Assembly (NCBI GenBank): GCA_964187785.1
Contig: OZ076409.1
Location: 71,922,001-71,986,000, forward strand
From: Amphiscolops sp. MND2022
Taxonomy: Eukaryota
Reading direction: 5' to 3'
DNA length: 64,000 nt
Shown: positions 1-9,969 of the stretch, piece by piece
Layout of the letters: each line of letters opens with the position of its first letter
Position numbering within the stretch: position 1 is the stretch's first letter
Translations under genes and position numbers: made by a program
The notes under the pieces: model-generated
Database searches by the model: none
What the model was told of the DNA's origin: nothing
Seen by the model: the letters and a program-made list of their open reading frames with translations, nothing else

Positions 1-1496
1 GGTTGGGTCCTGCCGGACGTCAAATAGTGTGAAACATCCAGTAGGAAACGGCGACATAAATCAGCGATTTTAAAATTTAACCGTTAGAATTCGGACTTGG
101 AGTGCATGCGGCCCCAAAATGCCCATACGAATCGAAGTTCCTGCTGACGTTAAGCGATAAAAACATTTTATAAAAAGTTATGGCCCATTTTACGTTCAAC
201 TATAAGGGTAAAATGAGGAAAATTTTTACAAAGTCGCTGATAACTCAAAATACATTAACTTTTGGACTTTGACTGTGAAACAAGCTTAGAACCTTCATTT
301 CGTGGCTGTGGCATTGCACTGAACACAAAAGATGTAAAGTTTTTACATTTTTCGAAAATTCGACATTTTTGATTTTTTTTTCACTACTATCAGTACACTA
401 TATGTCAAAAACACCTCTGAAAAAAATTATTATTTGCTTAAAATTGGAAACCTTGGTATCCATGGTTTCTGTCGGAACCTACTCGCTGCCAAACACCCAA
501 CAGTTTGCATCCAATGTGAATTTAAAATTTTTTTCGAGGTCATAAGGGTTTCACAAGGTTTTCATAACTTAGTATTAAACTACAAACTGGTCATTTTCAA
601 CATAATATCTTTGTCGAGGCATGTCGGATATAGTCCTATTGCTCACGAACGGTCCTACTGGCAACGTAATAACCATTTATAGAAATGTAAAGTTATAAAA
701 AAATTTTTCACCCGGTCTTCAGTCATTTTTCAGTCATTCGGAACTTAACTTAGAAAAATTTCGACCAAAATATCCATTTTTTGTCAGGTCGAAAAATCAA
801 ATTCAGATTTTTAAGCAAAATTATTAACTCTGACGTAACCCATGGGGCCCATGATACTCAAAACAACGATTGACACTGGTATCAATGGCTCCAATAACAT
901 ATGAGTCGCGATAAGAGGTTATTTTGAGCATTACGTCTCAATTGAGGTAAAGATCTCGCAAGCCAGCGATCACTGTGAAATGTGATTTCATCAAAAATTT
1001 ACTCTTTTTTGTCAATCACTATGTGCACAGAATGCGTAGGGTGCGTTTCAGCACTATAATGAGGTTATTGAAGGCATCGAGTTGCTCAAGGGGTGGTATG
1101 AGACATTTTTGTCCCATATACTACTGTATTTTCCAAAATTTTTAGCCCAATATCTTCAAATACAAACTTGACAAAATACTTTCAACTACTTTATTCAAAG
1201 GTTACAATATAGATGAACACTGTGGTTGATCAGAAACTTTCATCTCTTTCGTTTTCCGAAATATTTCCCTTCGCATGTGTAATTCGTAGCAGAAAAAAAA
1301 ATCGAAACTGAAAAATACGCAATTTTGCTAATATAGAATCGCAATGATTGTGCCTAAAAACTCTTTAAACACTTCTAACGCAACCTTACGCACCCAAAAT
1401 GATCGAATATGCTATTCACAATGGTGACATGTGCTCTTTCTACGATCCTGGCTGGACAAGGTTTGCATATTTTTCAAGTACCTGTCAGCTAAATCT

Positions 1497-1546
1497 TGTG
1501 ATAGCCTTTTCAGTTGGCCTTGTGTCAACTTGGGAAGGCTATCACA
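1497..1546. repeat. Internal long palindrome P1 (all A units; family B at 4156-4198 and 7524-7567)
   Basis: TGTGATAGCCTT..AGTTG..CAACT..AAGGCTATCACA. Confidence 0.85.
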
Positions 1547-1836
1547 TCAAAAAACCATCAATAAAAATAATTTTTGTTTATTGGATCTTACAGTCGAAAC
1601 TTTTTTTCGTGATTCTATACTACCGTTAGTATATTTCATCAGGTCACCTTACGATTGCATTCAGTCTTTGATAAAAACCTATGAACTCAAAGTCACATTT
1701 ATATATTTTTTGCCCAACAAAATCATCAAAAATATCTAAAATACATAAAATAGAGTCTTTAACTTTTTTACGTTTCAAGTTTCTGCCGTTATTATGCCAA
1801 TCAACGTCCTAGAGCCACATCCTGCCACATACTGTA

Positions 1837-1946
1837 CAACGCCACATAGTGTTGCGACGTGCACAGTCTGTGGGCATGCCGAGGCATGCCCTTCGACGAC
1901 GTATGCCGAATACCGCGGGCCTACGCCCGCGCTCCCCGGCTAGGTG
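1837..1946 (+). other. Conserved right-end module (representative of 25 copies): direct repeats, palindrome, two hairpins, GCTAGGTG
   Basis: CAACGCCACAT..CRACGYSCAY..GTCYGT RGGCATGCCRAGGCATGCCY TTCGACGACG-like module present before every junction in all four families. Confidence 0.9.
1872..1891. promoter_or_regulatory. p53-family response-element match GGGCATGCCG AGGCATGCCC (representative; one per unit, e.g. 4658-4677, 5939-5958, 7912-7931, 16637-16656, 40572-40591, 56056-56075, 62101-62120)
   Basis: 19/20 match to RRRCWWGYYY x2 with zero spacer and CATG cores; binding is not demonstrated. Confidence 0.5.
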
Positions 1947-4734
1947 GCGGGGGGCTGTCCCCAATAGAATATAGTGAGGTAGGGTAGGGTTCCCTACCGA
2001 ACATTCAGTACTGAAAGACTCTTGTAGTATGAAAATTTTTCGATGTTTTGAGACCGATTTCGGATTCCACCCGTCAGAAGTTTATGATTTTTTGGCCCCC
2101 ACCCAGATTTTGGGCACTGATCGCCCCCCACCAGGTTCCATACCCGTGGTTTCGTTGTGACGGGTACACGAGCGACCGTTAGGGGTCAATCAGGGGGTAA
2201 AATTTATAAAAGTGTGAATAACTTTTCCCCCCGTCGTTTTAGCAGGTCCGGTCACTAGTAAAGGTTTGTTGGGCATCATGCAGTGGGTAAGGGGGGCCAA
2301 ACAAAAATTTTCTATCTTGCACCGTTACGGACTTGGCCCCCCGCCCAAACCGCTATTTTACCGGAAATTGCACTTTTTGACCGGGAAGGAGTCGTCTGAG
2401 CGCGGAGTCATTTGGTAATGTTTTGTAGAGCATCTGGAGACGTGGTGGGGGACATGTAGTTTGCCGACCCCAGTTTACCCCTCGGACGGGAAATGACCGT
2501 TATGTGAGTTTCAAAAATGCCCCCCTCCAATTTTCCCCGCAATTTCCGGTGTGAAGGAGTCGGAATAGCGTGTCGAGTGCTATATATCAAAAGTAGCTTT
2601 AAACAAGGACCTATCAGAAACATGTGGTTTGGGACCCTTTGAACGGACCCGTTAGCCGGAAATAGGGTGACCGCCTCCTCTTTTTGGTGGTAAAACCGTA
2701 AAACGGGCATTAAAGTGTAATTATCTCGTGAACGCGTGGAGCAATCGTGTCCATCACTCCTACAAGGTTTCATACCCATGACATGGTGCCTTCAGGGGGG
2801 CAAACAGATCAGCGCTATCTATCACCGTTACGGACTTTGCCCCCCAGCCTAACCGCTATATTACCGGAAATTGCCCTTTTTGACCGGGAAGGAGTCGTCT
2901 GAGAGTGGAGTCGTTAAGTAATGTTTTGTAGAGCATCTAGAGACGTGTTGGGGGACATGTAGTTTGCCGACCCCGGTTTACCCCTCGGACGGGAAATTAC
3001 CGTTATGTGAGTTTTAAAATTGACCCCCTTCAACTTTCCCCGTTATTTCCGATGTGAAGGAGTGAGGGTAGCGCGTCGGGTGTCATATATCAAAAGTAGG
3101 TTAAGACAAGGACCAACCGGGAACATGTTGTTTGGGACCCTCTGGCCCAACCCGTTAGCCGTTATAAGGGTGATCGCCTCCTTTTTTTACTGCTAAAACC
3201 GGAAAACGGGCATTGAGGGGTAAATATCTCGTGAACGCGTGGAGCAATCGTGTCCATCACTACTACAAGGTTTCATACCCATGATACGGTGCCTTCAGGG
3301 GGGAAAACAGATTACCGCTATATATCACCGTTACGGACTTGGCCCCCCAGCCTAACCGCTATGTGACCGGAAATGTCATTTTTTGAGCCAAAAGGGTTGG
3401 TCCCAGCGTGGGAACGTCAGGTAACTTTATGTAGAACTCAATGAGACGAGTTGGGGGATATAGTTTTAGTCACCCCCCGTTGACCCGTTGGACCGGAAAC
3501 GACCGTTATGTAGTGAAAAATGTTATTTTTATACTTTTTGAAGGCCATTTAGGGCAGGAAGTATCGGTAATATGTCTTTGGACAGTATACAATGAAAGTT
3601 TTGGTGTGAAACGAGCAATCTGAAATAACCGTTATTATGATTCGGAAGTCACACTAACAGCGAAAATGACCGTTATGTAGTGAAAATTTTTTTCACAATT
3701 TTTTTTATTTTCGATAGGTCCTTCAAGCCAGGAAGTAGCTGTATTAGGTCTTTGGTCACTTTATGATGATTGTGGTGTTGTGAGATGACCGTACGAACTT
3801 GACCGTTATAATGCCCCTGAAGTTGCGGCGGCACGAGAAATTTCAGAAAGTTTGTCTTTTCTGTGTTTTGTTGGAATAAACATGTAATTTCATCAAACCA
3901 AAGTGCATTCAGGGTGTCAGAAAGCTTCAAGAAAAGAATTTGACAGGAAACATGAGATGAGAAATAGGAAAATGCCACGGAAATCCAACCCGTTGGGAAG
4001 TAAAGATAATAAATTGGTTTGGAAGTGCCAATCGACGTGTAATTGCGGATCATAGCTACGATATTGTCTCTTTTGTTTCTTTTTGAAGACTTTGAACATT
4101 TTCACTTTATCAGCTTGAAGTTTCGACTCCATTAACTCAATAACCGTTACAATATGATAGCCCTCAAGTTGACCTTGTGTCAACTTGAAAGGGCTATCCT
4201 TTCACAACTGCGCAGCGACAGTGTGATTGAGTGTTTTTGTTATTATCCATAGCCAATTTGAACTTCAACAAAAGTTTAACCATAGTTAAAAAATTTCATA
4301 TGATTCTTTTAAAAGGATAAGTAAGAAACAAATGTTTGACAAAAAACTTTCAACCTTTAATTTGTGGACTGAATATCAGGAAAACCATGTCTCCTAACGT
4401 TGTTGGATGAAATTCAACATGATTCTTTTAATAGGATAACAAAGTTTGACAACATATTTTTTTATATTCTTTCGTTGGTGCTCTACATTTTAGGAAAACG
4501 AATTTTCCAACAAATATTGTTGGCTGATGCCTGTTCATAGTGGCTTGAAAATTTCACCAACTGTAATGCTTTTTATCAAAGGTGAAACCGCTCCTTACCG
4601 TCGCATAATGTAATTCAAGCCGACGCCCACATGCCAACATCAACGCCCACCGTCCGTAGGCATGCCGAGGCATGCCTTTCGACGACGTATGCCAAATCAC
4701 GCCCCTGCGAGGTCACTAAAGCGGTAGCGGCTAG
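1944..4734 (+). mobile_element. Unit 2, family B (2791 bp, GC-richer, internal 503-bp repeats)
   Basis: Bounded by two GCTAGGTG junctions; body unrelated to A but homologous to unit 4; conserved end modules present. Confidence 0.7.
2290..3520 (+). repeat. ~503-bp tandem repeat, ~2.4 copies (family B)
   Basis: ACCGTTACGGACTT anchor at 2321, 2824, 3327. Confidence 0.85.
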
Positions 4735-6012
4735 GTGGTCGTTAGCATGGGATTTTCTTTATGAGCGTAGTCCACTTTTTTTAGGCCGGGGTAGGGTCCC
4801 GGGCCGTTACCAATTTCTTACGGAGGAAAAATGTGAAAATCTGCGAGTTTAAAAAATTGGCCCGTACGATTTGGCTGAAAATTGGCATACAGCATCGTCT
4901 TGGTAAACAAATGACTTTGTCCTAGTGACATTTTGCCCAGAAAATTCAAAAAGTTGGTCAAATTGAAAATTTTTTGACCGTCTAAGGCTAAAATTTGACT
5001 TTTTCGCTTTTTTTGGTCAATTTCCTCAGAACTGGTTGATTTTGGTGAAGTAAGTCATAAGAAGTTATAAGGTCTGCAAATAGCATTCAATTGGCTTGCA
5101 TAATCAGATTTTGTCAAAAGTGTTTAGTTTTTTCAAAATTTCACACTTTTTTTTCATTTCAGTGTTTTTTGATACAATTTATTGAATTTTTACTAAGTTC
5201 CACTAAATATTTTTAAAATGTTTTTAAAAAACCTTTTTTTGCACGTTTTTGATGTTTTTTGCTCTCCCATATAGGTTTTCGCATACGGGGAACCTGAATC
5301 TGACAACGAAATAATTTTATTCCGCAGTTCAACTTACGCCATTTTTAATAGTGAAAAATCACTCATTTTCAATCTAACGAGTGAAAATATCAGAATTTAA
5401 AAACCTAAAGTTGAGTTTAAGGCGACTTACAGGTAGAAACAAATGCTCAGAAACAAACTGATTTCTTGTATTAGCTAAAGAAAGCCTTTAAAATTCTTTT
5501 TACTTTCTTTAAATCAAAATTCGACACTTTTCATGAAATTTGTCAGTGGAAAAAATTTATCATTTTTTAAATTAAAAACTTGCTTTGTTGGTCATTTCCG
5601 TTAGTCATTAGTAGCTGTGTAATGCTCCAAAGCCTTTCAAGTTCTTTTGACCCTATTTGAAAATTTTCGATACTGCATAATCAATCCGAGAGAACGAAAC
5701 AGTTGTGTACATTCCATCTCCCTCTTGGGGGAGATGAGAATGTACTTCCTAAAGTCCAGGTACTACAGATCATATTTGGTTTTATGCGACGCCCTTTAAG
5801 CTAGTGCATATAAATACAAGTTGTTTGGCTGGATTTTGCTTCTGACTTGACGTATACTGTACGTTTGGTACTGACAATACCCATCATTTACATAACAAAC
5901 GTCAACGCCACATACCCTTACCAACGCCCATAGTCCGTAGGCATGCCGAGGCATGCCTTTCGACGACGCGCGCCAAACACAAGCGCGCCCGCACTTTTGC
6001 GGTAGCGGCTAG
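4735..6012 (+). mobile_element. Unit 3, family C (1278 bp)
   Basis: Near-identical to unit 8 and homologous to unit 24; bounded by junction 8-mers. Confidence 0.75.
5707..5745. repeat. Internal long palindrome P2 (all C units and complete D units, e.g. 15742-15780, 39683-39721)
   Basis: GTACATTCCATCTCCC..GGGAGATGAGAATGTAC. Confidence 0.85.
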
Positions 6013-7985
6013 GTGCGGGGGGGAAACCCCAACAAAATTTTTGGAGGATTCGGGTAGGGTCCTGAATCCGAGTTCAGTGCTGCCAGCTTTCGTTAAGAAA
6101 ATTTGGATAGGATTCGGGATCTCGTGATCTAACCATAGGATTTTAAAGTTGGAGCGGCCCCCACCAGATTTTCCGAAAATTAGCGCCCCCCACCGGGTTC
6201 CAGCGTGATTGAAATATTTTGACGGGGTACACGGGCGACCGTTAGGGGTCATTTTGGGGGTAAAATTTATATCCGGTCGCATAACTTTTTTCCTGTTGGT
6301 TTAAAACTTTGGGACCCTGCTAAAAGTTTCTTGACCTTGTTGCAGTGGCTCCGGAGGTCCAAACCAAATTTTTCTATCTTGAAGCTATCTCCAAGTACCC
6401 CCCCGCCCAAAACGTTATTTTTCCGGAAACGCAGGTTTTTGACCCGGAAGGAGTCGTCGGAGCGCGGGGTCGTTAGGTGATGTATTGGAAACGGCCTTGA
6501 GACGAAGTGGGGGACATGCAGTTTGCCAACCCCAGTTTACCCCCCGGACGGGAAATGACCGTTATATGAGCGGGAAAAATGCCCCCCTCCACGTTTTACC
6601 GCTATTTCCGGTGTGAAGGAGTGGGAGTAGCGCGTCGGGTGCCATATATCAAAAGTAGGTTTAAACAAGGACCTATCGGAAACATGTGGTTTGGGACCCC
6701 CTGGACCAACCCGTTAGCGGGAAATGGGGCTTCCGCCTCCTTTTTTTACGGTTAAAAACGGAAAATGGGCATTGAGGGGTAAATATCTCGTGAACGCGTG
6801 GAGCTACGGTGTCCTTCACTACTACAAGGTTTCATACCCATGATATGGTGCCTTCAGGGGGGCAAACAGATTTCCGCTATCTATCACCGTTACGGACTTG
6901 GCCCCCCAGCCTAACCGTTAAGTGACCGGAAATGTCATATTTTGAGCCCAAAGGGTCGGTCTCAGCCAGGGAACGTTAGGTAACTTATTGTAGTACTCAT
7001 TGAGACGAGTTGGGGGACATAGTTTCAGTCACCCCCCGTTACCCCTTAGGACCGGAAATGACCGTTATGTGAGTAAAATTGCCATTTTTGTCCTATTTGA
7101 AGGGCATTTAGATGCGGAAGGAGTGGTAATAGGTGCTTGGACACTGTATGATGTAAGGGAGGACGTTAGGCGAGCATTCGGACATAACCGTTATGTTGAC
7201 CCTAAAGTCCCCCTGGTACCGTAAACGACCGGAAATGGTCAAATTTTGTGTCTATTGGGTACAAATGTTGGGTATTTTGTAGATAAAAGTATCTATTAGA
7301 TGTTTCGACGGTCTGCAGTAGTGAACATAGTCATGAAACCTTGTGGGGGGTAACGGTATATAGCACCGGAAGTCCAAACCGTTGGTGACAGGATAGGTTT
7401 TTTGGTTTTAAAATGTCTTTCGGCGTACCTTTGTCGACTATTAAGGACTATTTTTAAAAATTAAAGATTTTCCATATAGTTTCAGAGACTCCGAAACCTC
7501 AACCAACATAACCGTTACCTCATGATAGCCTTTCAAGTTGGCCTGGTGTCAACTTGGAAGGGCTATCCTTCAAAAATCGTCAATCGAGTGTGTTTTTGGG
7601 TATGTTTGTATCATTTTAGAATCAATTAGAGCTTCAAGAAAAGTTTCCCAACGACAAAAACTAATTCGTGAAGATTCCGTTACTAGAATTATAGTTAGCA
7701 AATTGTTGAGAAAAATGTTTTTTTTCCAAATTAAATGTGTCCTAAATGCCAGGAAACCTATTTAACTAACAAATGGTATTGATTGGAATGTATGTAACAG
7801 ATTTATAAAAGTTCAAATTGATTATTAAGTTTCATTATGGAAGCTGAAACGTAATATTTTAGTTTAATTAACGTCAACGCCACATACTTTTTATCAACGC
7901 CCACCGTCTGTGGGCATGCCGAGGCATGCCCTTCGACGACGTATACCAAATACATACCTAACGACGCCCGTACATTCCGGGCTAG
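6013..7985 (+). mobile_element. Unit 4, family B variant (1973 bp)
   Basis: Diverged homolog of unit 2 with one fewer 503-bp repeat and a different distal region. Confidence 0.7.
6360..7080 (+). repeat. ~503-bp tandem repeat, ~1.4 copies (family B variant)
   Basis: Homologous to the unit 2 repeat; boundaries approximate. Confidence 0.7.
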
Positions 7986-9969
7986 GTGGGCGGGGGTAAT
8001 TCCCCAACAAAAATTACGGCCGGCGGGTTGGGTCCTGCCGGACGTCAAATAGCAAAGAATATCTAGTAGGAAACGGCGACACAGAATCGCGATTTTTAAA
8101 TCTAACCACAATTTTTTGGACTTGGAGTGCATGCGGCCCTGAAATGCCCATACGAATCGAAGTTCCTGCTGACGTTAAGCGATTGAAATAATATATAAAA
8201 AGTTATGGCCCATTTTTCACTCACAAAGAAGGGTAAAATGAGGAAATTTTCAACAAAGTCGCTGATAACTCAAAATGTGTTAATTTTTGGACATTGACTG
8301 TGAAACAAGCTTGGAACCTTCATTTCGTGGCTGTGGCATTGCACTGAACACAAAAGATGTAAAGTTTTTACATTTTTTGAAAATTTGACATTTTTGAAAT
8401 TTTTTTCACTACTATCAGTACCCCATATGTCAAAAACGCCTCAGAAAAAAATTTTTATTTGCTTTAAATTGGAAACCTTGGTTTCCATGGTTTCTGTCGG
8501 AACCTACTCGCAGCCAAACACTCAACAGTTTGCATCCAATGTGAAAATAAAATTTTTTTCGGGGTCATAAGCGTTTCACAAGGATTTCTCAACTTAGTAT
8601 TAATTTACAAAATGGTCATTTTGAACACAATATTTTCATCGAGGCTTGTCGGCTATAGTCTTAATGTTATAGAACGGTCCCACTGGCAACGTAGGAACCA
8701 TTTATAGTAATAGAAAGTATTTAAAAAATATTTTCACCCGGTCTTCAGTCATTTTTCAGTCATTCGGAACTTAACTTAGAAAAATTTCGACCAAAATACC
8801 CATTTTTTGTCAGGTCGAAAATTCAAAATCAGATTTTTAAGCAAAATTATTAACTCTGACGTAACCCATGGGGCCCATGATACTCAAAACAACGATTGAC
8901 ACTGGTATCAATGGCTCCAATAACATATGAGTCGCGATAAGACGTTATTTTGAGCAATACGTCTCAATTGAGGTAAAGATCTCGCAAGCCAGCGATCACT
9001 GTGAAATGTGATTTCATAAAAAATTTACTCATTTTTGTCAATCACTATGTGCACAGAATGCGTAGGGTGCGTTTTAGCACTATAATGAGGTTTTTGAAGG
9101 CATCGAGTTGCTCAAAGGATGGTATGAGACATTTTTGTCCCATATACTACTGTATTTTCCAAAATTTTTAGCCCAATATCTGGAAATACAAACTTGACAA
9201 AATACTTTCAACTACTTTATTCAAAGGTTACAATATAGATGAACACTGTGGTTGATCAGAAACTTTCATCTCTTTCGTTTTCCGAAATATTTCCCTTCGC
9301 ATGTGTTACATTTGTAGCAGAAAAAAAATCGAAACTGAAAAATACGCTATTTTGCTAATATGGAATCGCAATGATTGTGCCTAAAAACTTTTTAAATACT
9401 TCTAACGCAACTGTACAGACCCAAAATGATTGAAAATGCCATTCACAATGCTGACATGTGCTCTTTCTACGATCCTAACTGGACAAGTTTTGCATATTTT
9501 TCAAGTACCTGTTAACTGAATCTCGTGATAGCCTTTTAAGTTGGCCTTGTGTCAACTTGGGAAGGCTATCACATCAAAAAATTTTCAACAAAAATACCTT
9601 TTGTTTATTGGAAATGACAGTCGATATATAATTTCGTGATTCTATACTACCGTTAGTACCTTCCATTAAGTCACCTGACGATTGCATTCAGTCTTTGATA
9701 AATACCTATGAACTCGAAGTCATATTTATAATTTTTGTGCTAAAAATAAACATCAAAATTATCCAATTTATTTAAAATTGAGTCTTTACCGTTTTTGTTT
9801 TACTTTTTCTACTGTTATTTAGGCCCATCAACTTCCTACAGCCACGCTCTCTGTCATTAGTACAACGCCACATAGTGTTGCGACGTGCACAGTCTGTGGG
9901 CATGCCGAGGCATGCCCTTCGACGACGTATGCCGAATACCGCGGGCCTACGCCCGCGCTCCCCGGCTAG
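7986..9969 (+). mobile_element. Unit 5, family A (1984 bp), head h2, tail t1
   Basis: Colinear with other A units; bounded by junctions. Confidence 0.75.
8020..8041 (+). other. Conserved left-end hairpin with T(A/T/C)GGGT loop (representative; also 1978-1998, 4784-4805, 6046-6069)
   Basis: Stem sequence differs by family but stays paired; loop conserved. Confidence 0.75.

Larger units (their letters stand above)
1..1943 (+). mobile_element. Unit 1, family A (first ~40 bp outside window), head h1, tail t1
   Basis: Near-identical to unit 16; ends with hairpin CGCGGGC-CTAC-GCCCGCG, 8 nt, CTAG. Confidence 0.75.

Noticed and set aside
1834..1946. True bacterial integron attC sites (..CAAC at module start, GCTAGGT resembling GTTRRRY, ~110 bp)
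   Set aside because: The conserved GTT triplet is GCT here, the module is several local hairpins rather than one long imperfect palindrome, cassettes lack ORFs and no intI is present. Kept only as an analogy.
1930..1960. TIR transposon/MITE tandems with GCTAGGTG as 8-bp target duplication (hAT-like)
   Set aside because: No terminal inverted repeats between unit starts and ends. CCCCG..CGGGG symmetry exists only for tail t1 and not for the other tails.
1978..1998. Telomeric repeat or G-quadruplex (GGGTAGGGT, GGGCGGGGG)
   Set aside because: No TTAGGG tandem run. The G tracts are accounted for by Watson-Crick stems with co-varying C tracts.
3673..4183. 126-aa and 88-aa minus-strand ORFs in the unique part of unit 2 as a captured gene
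   Set aside because: Overlapping frames, low-complexity ends, no recognisable motif, and absent from homologous unit 4.
1944..7985. Lengths of units 2 + 4 (2791 + 1973 = 4764) equal the D unit length
   Set aside because: No sequence relationship between B and D bodies; a single numerical coincidence.
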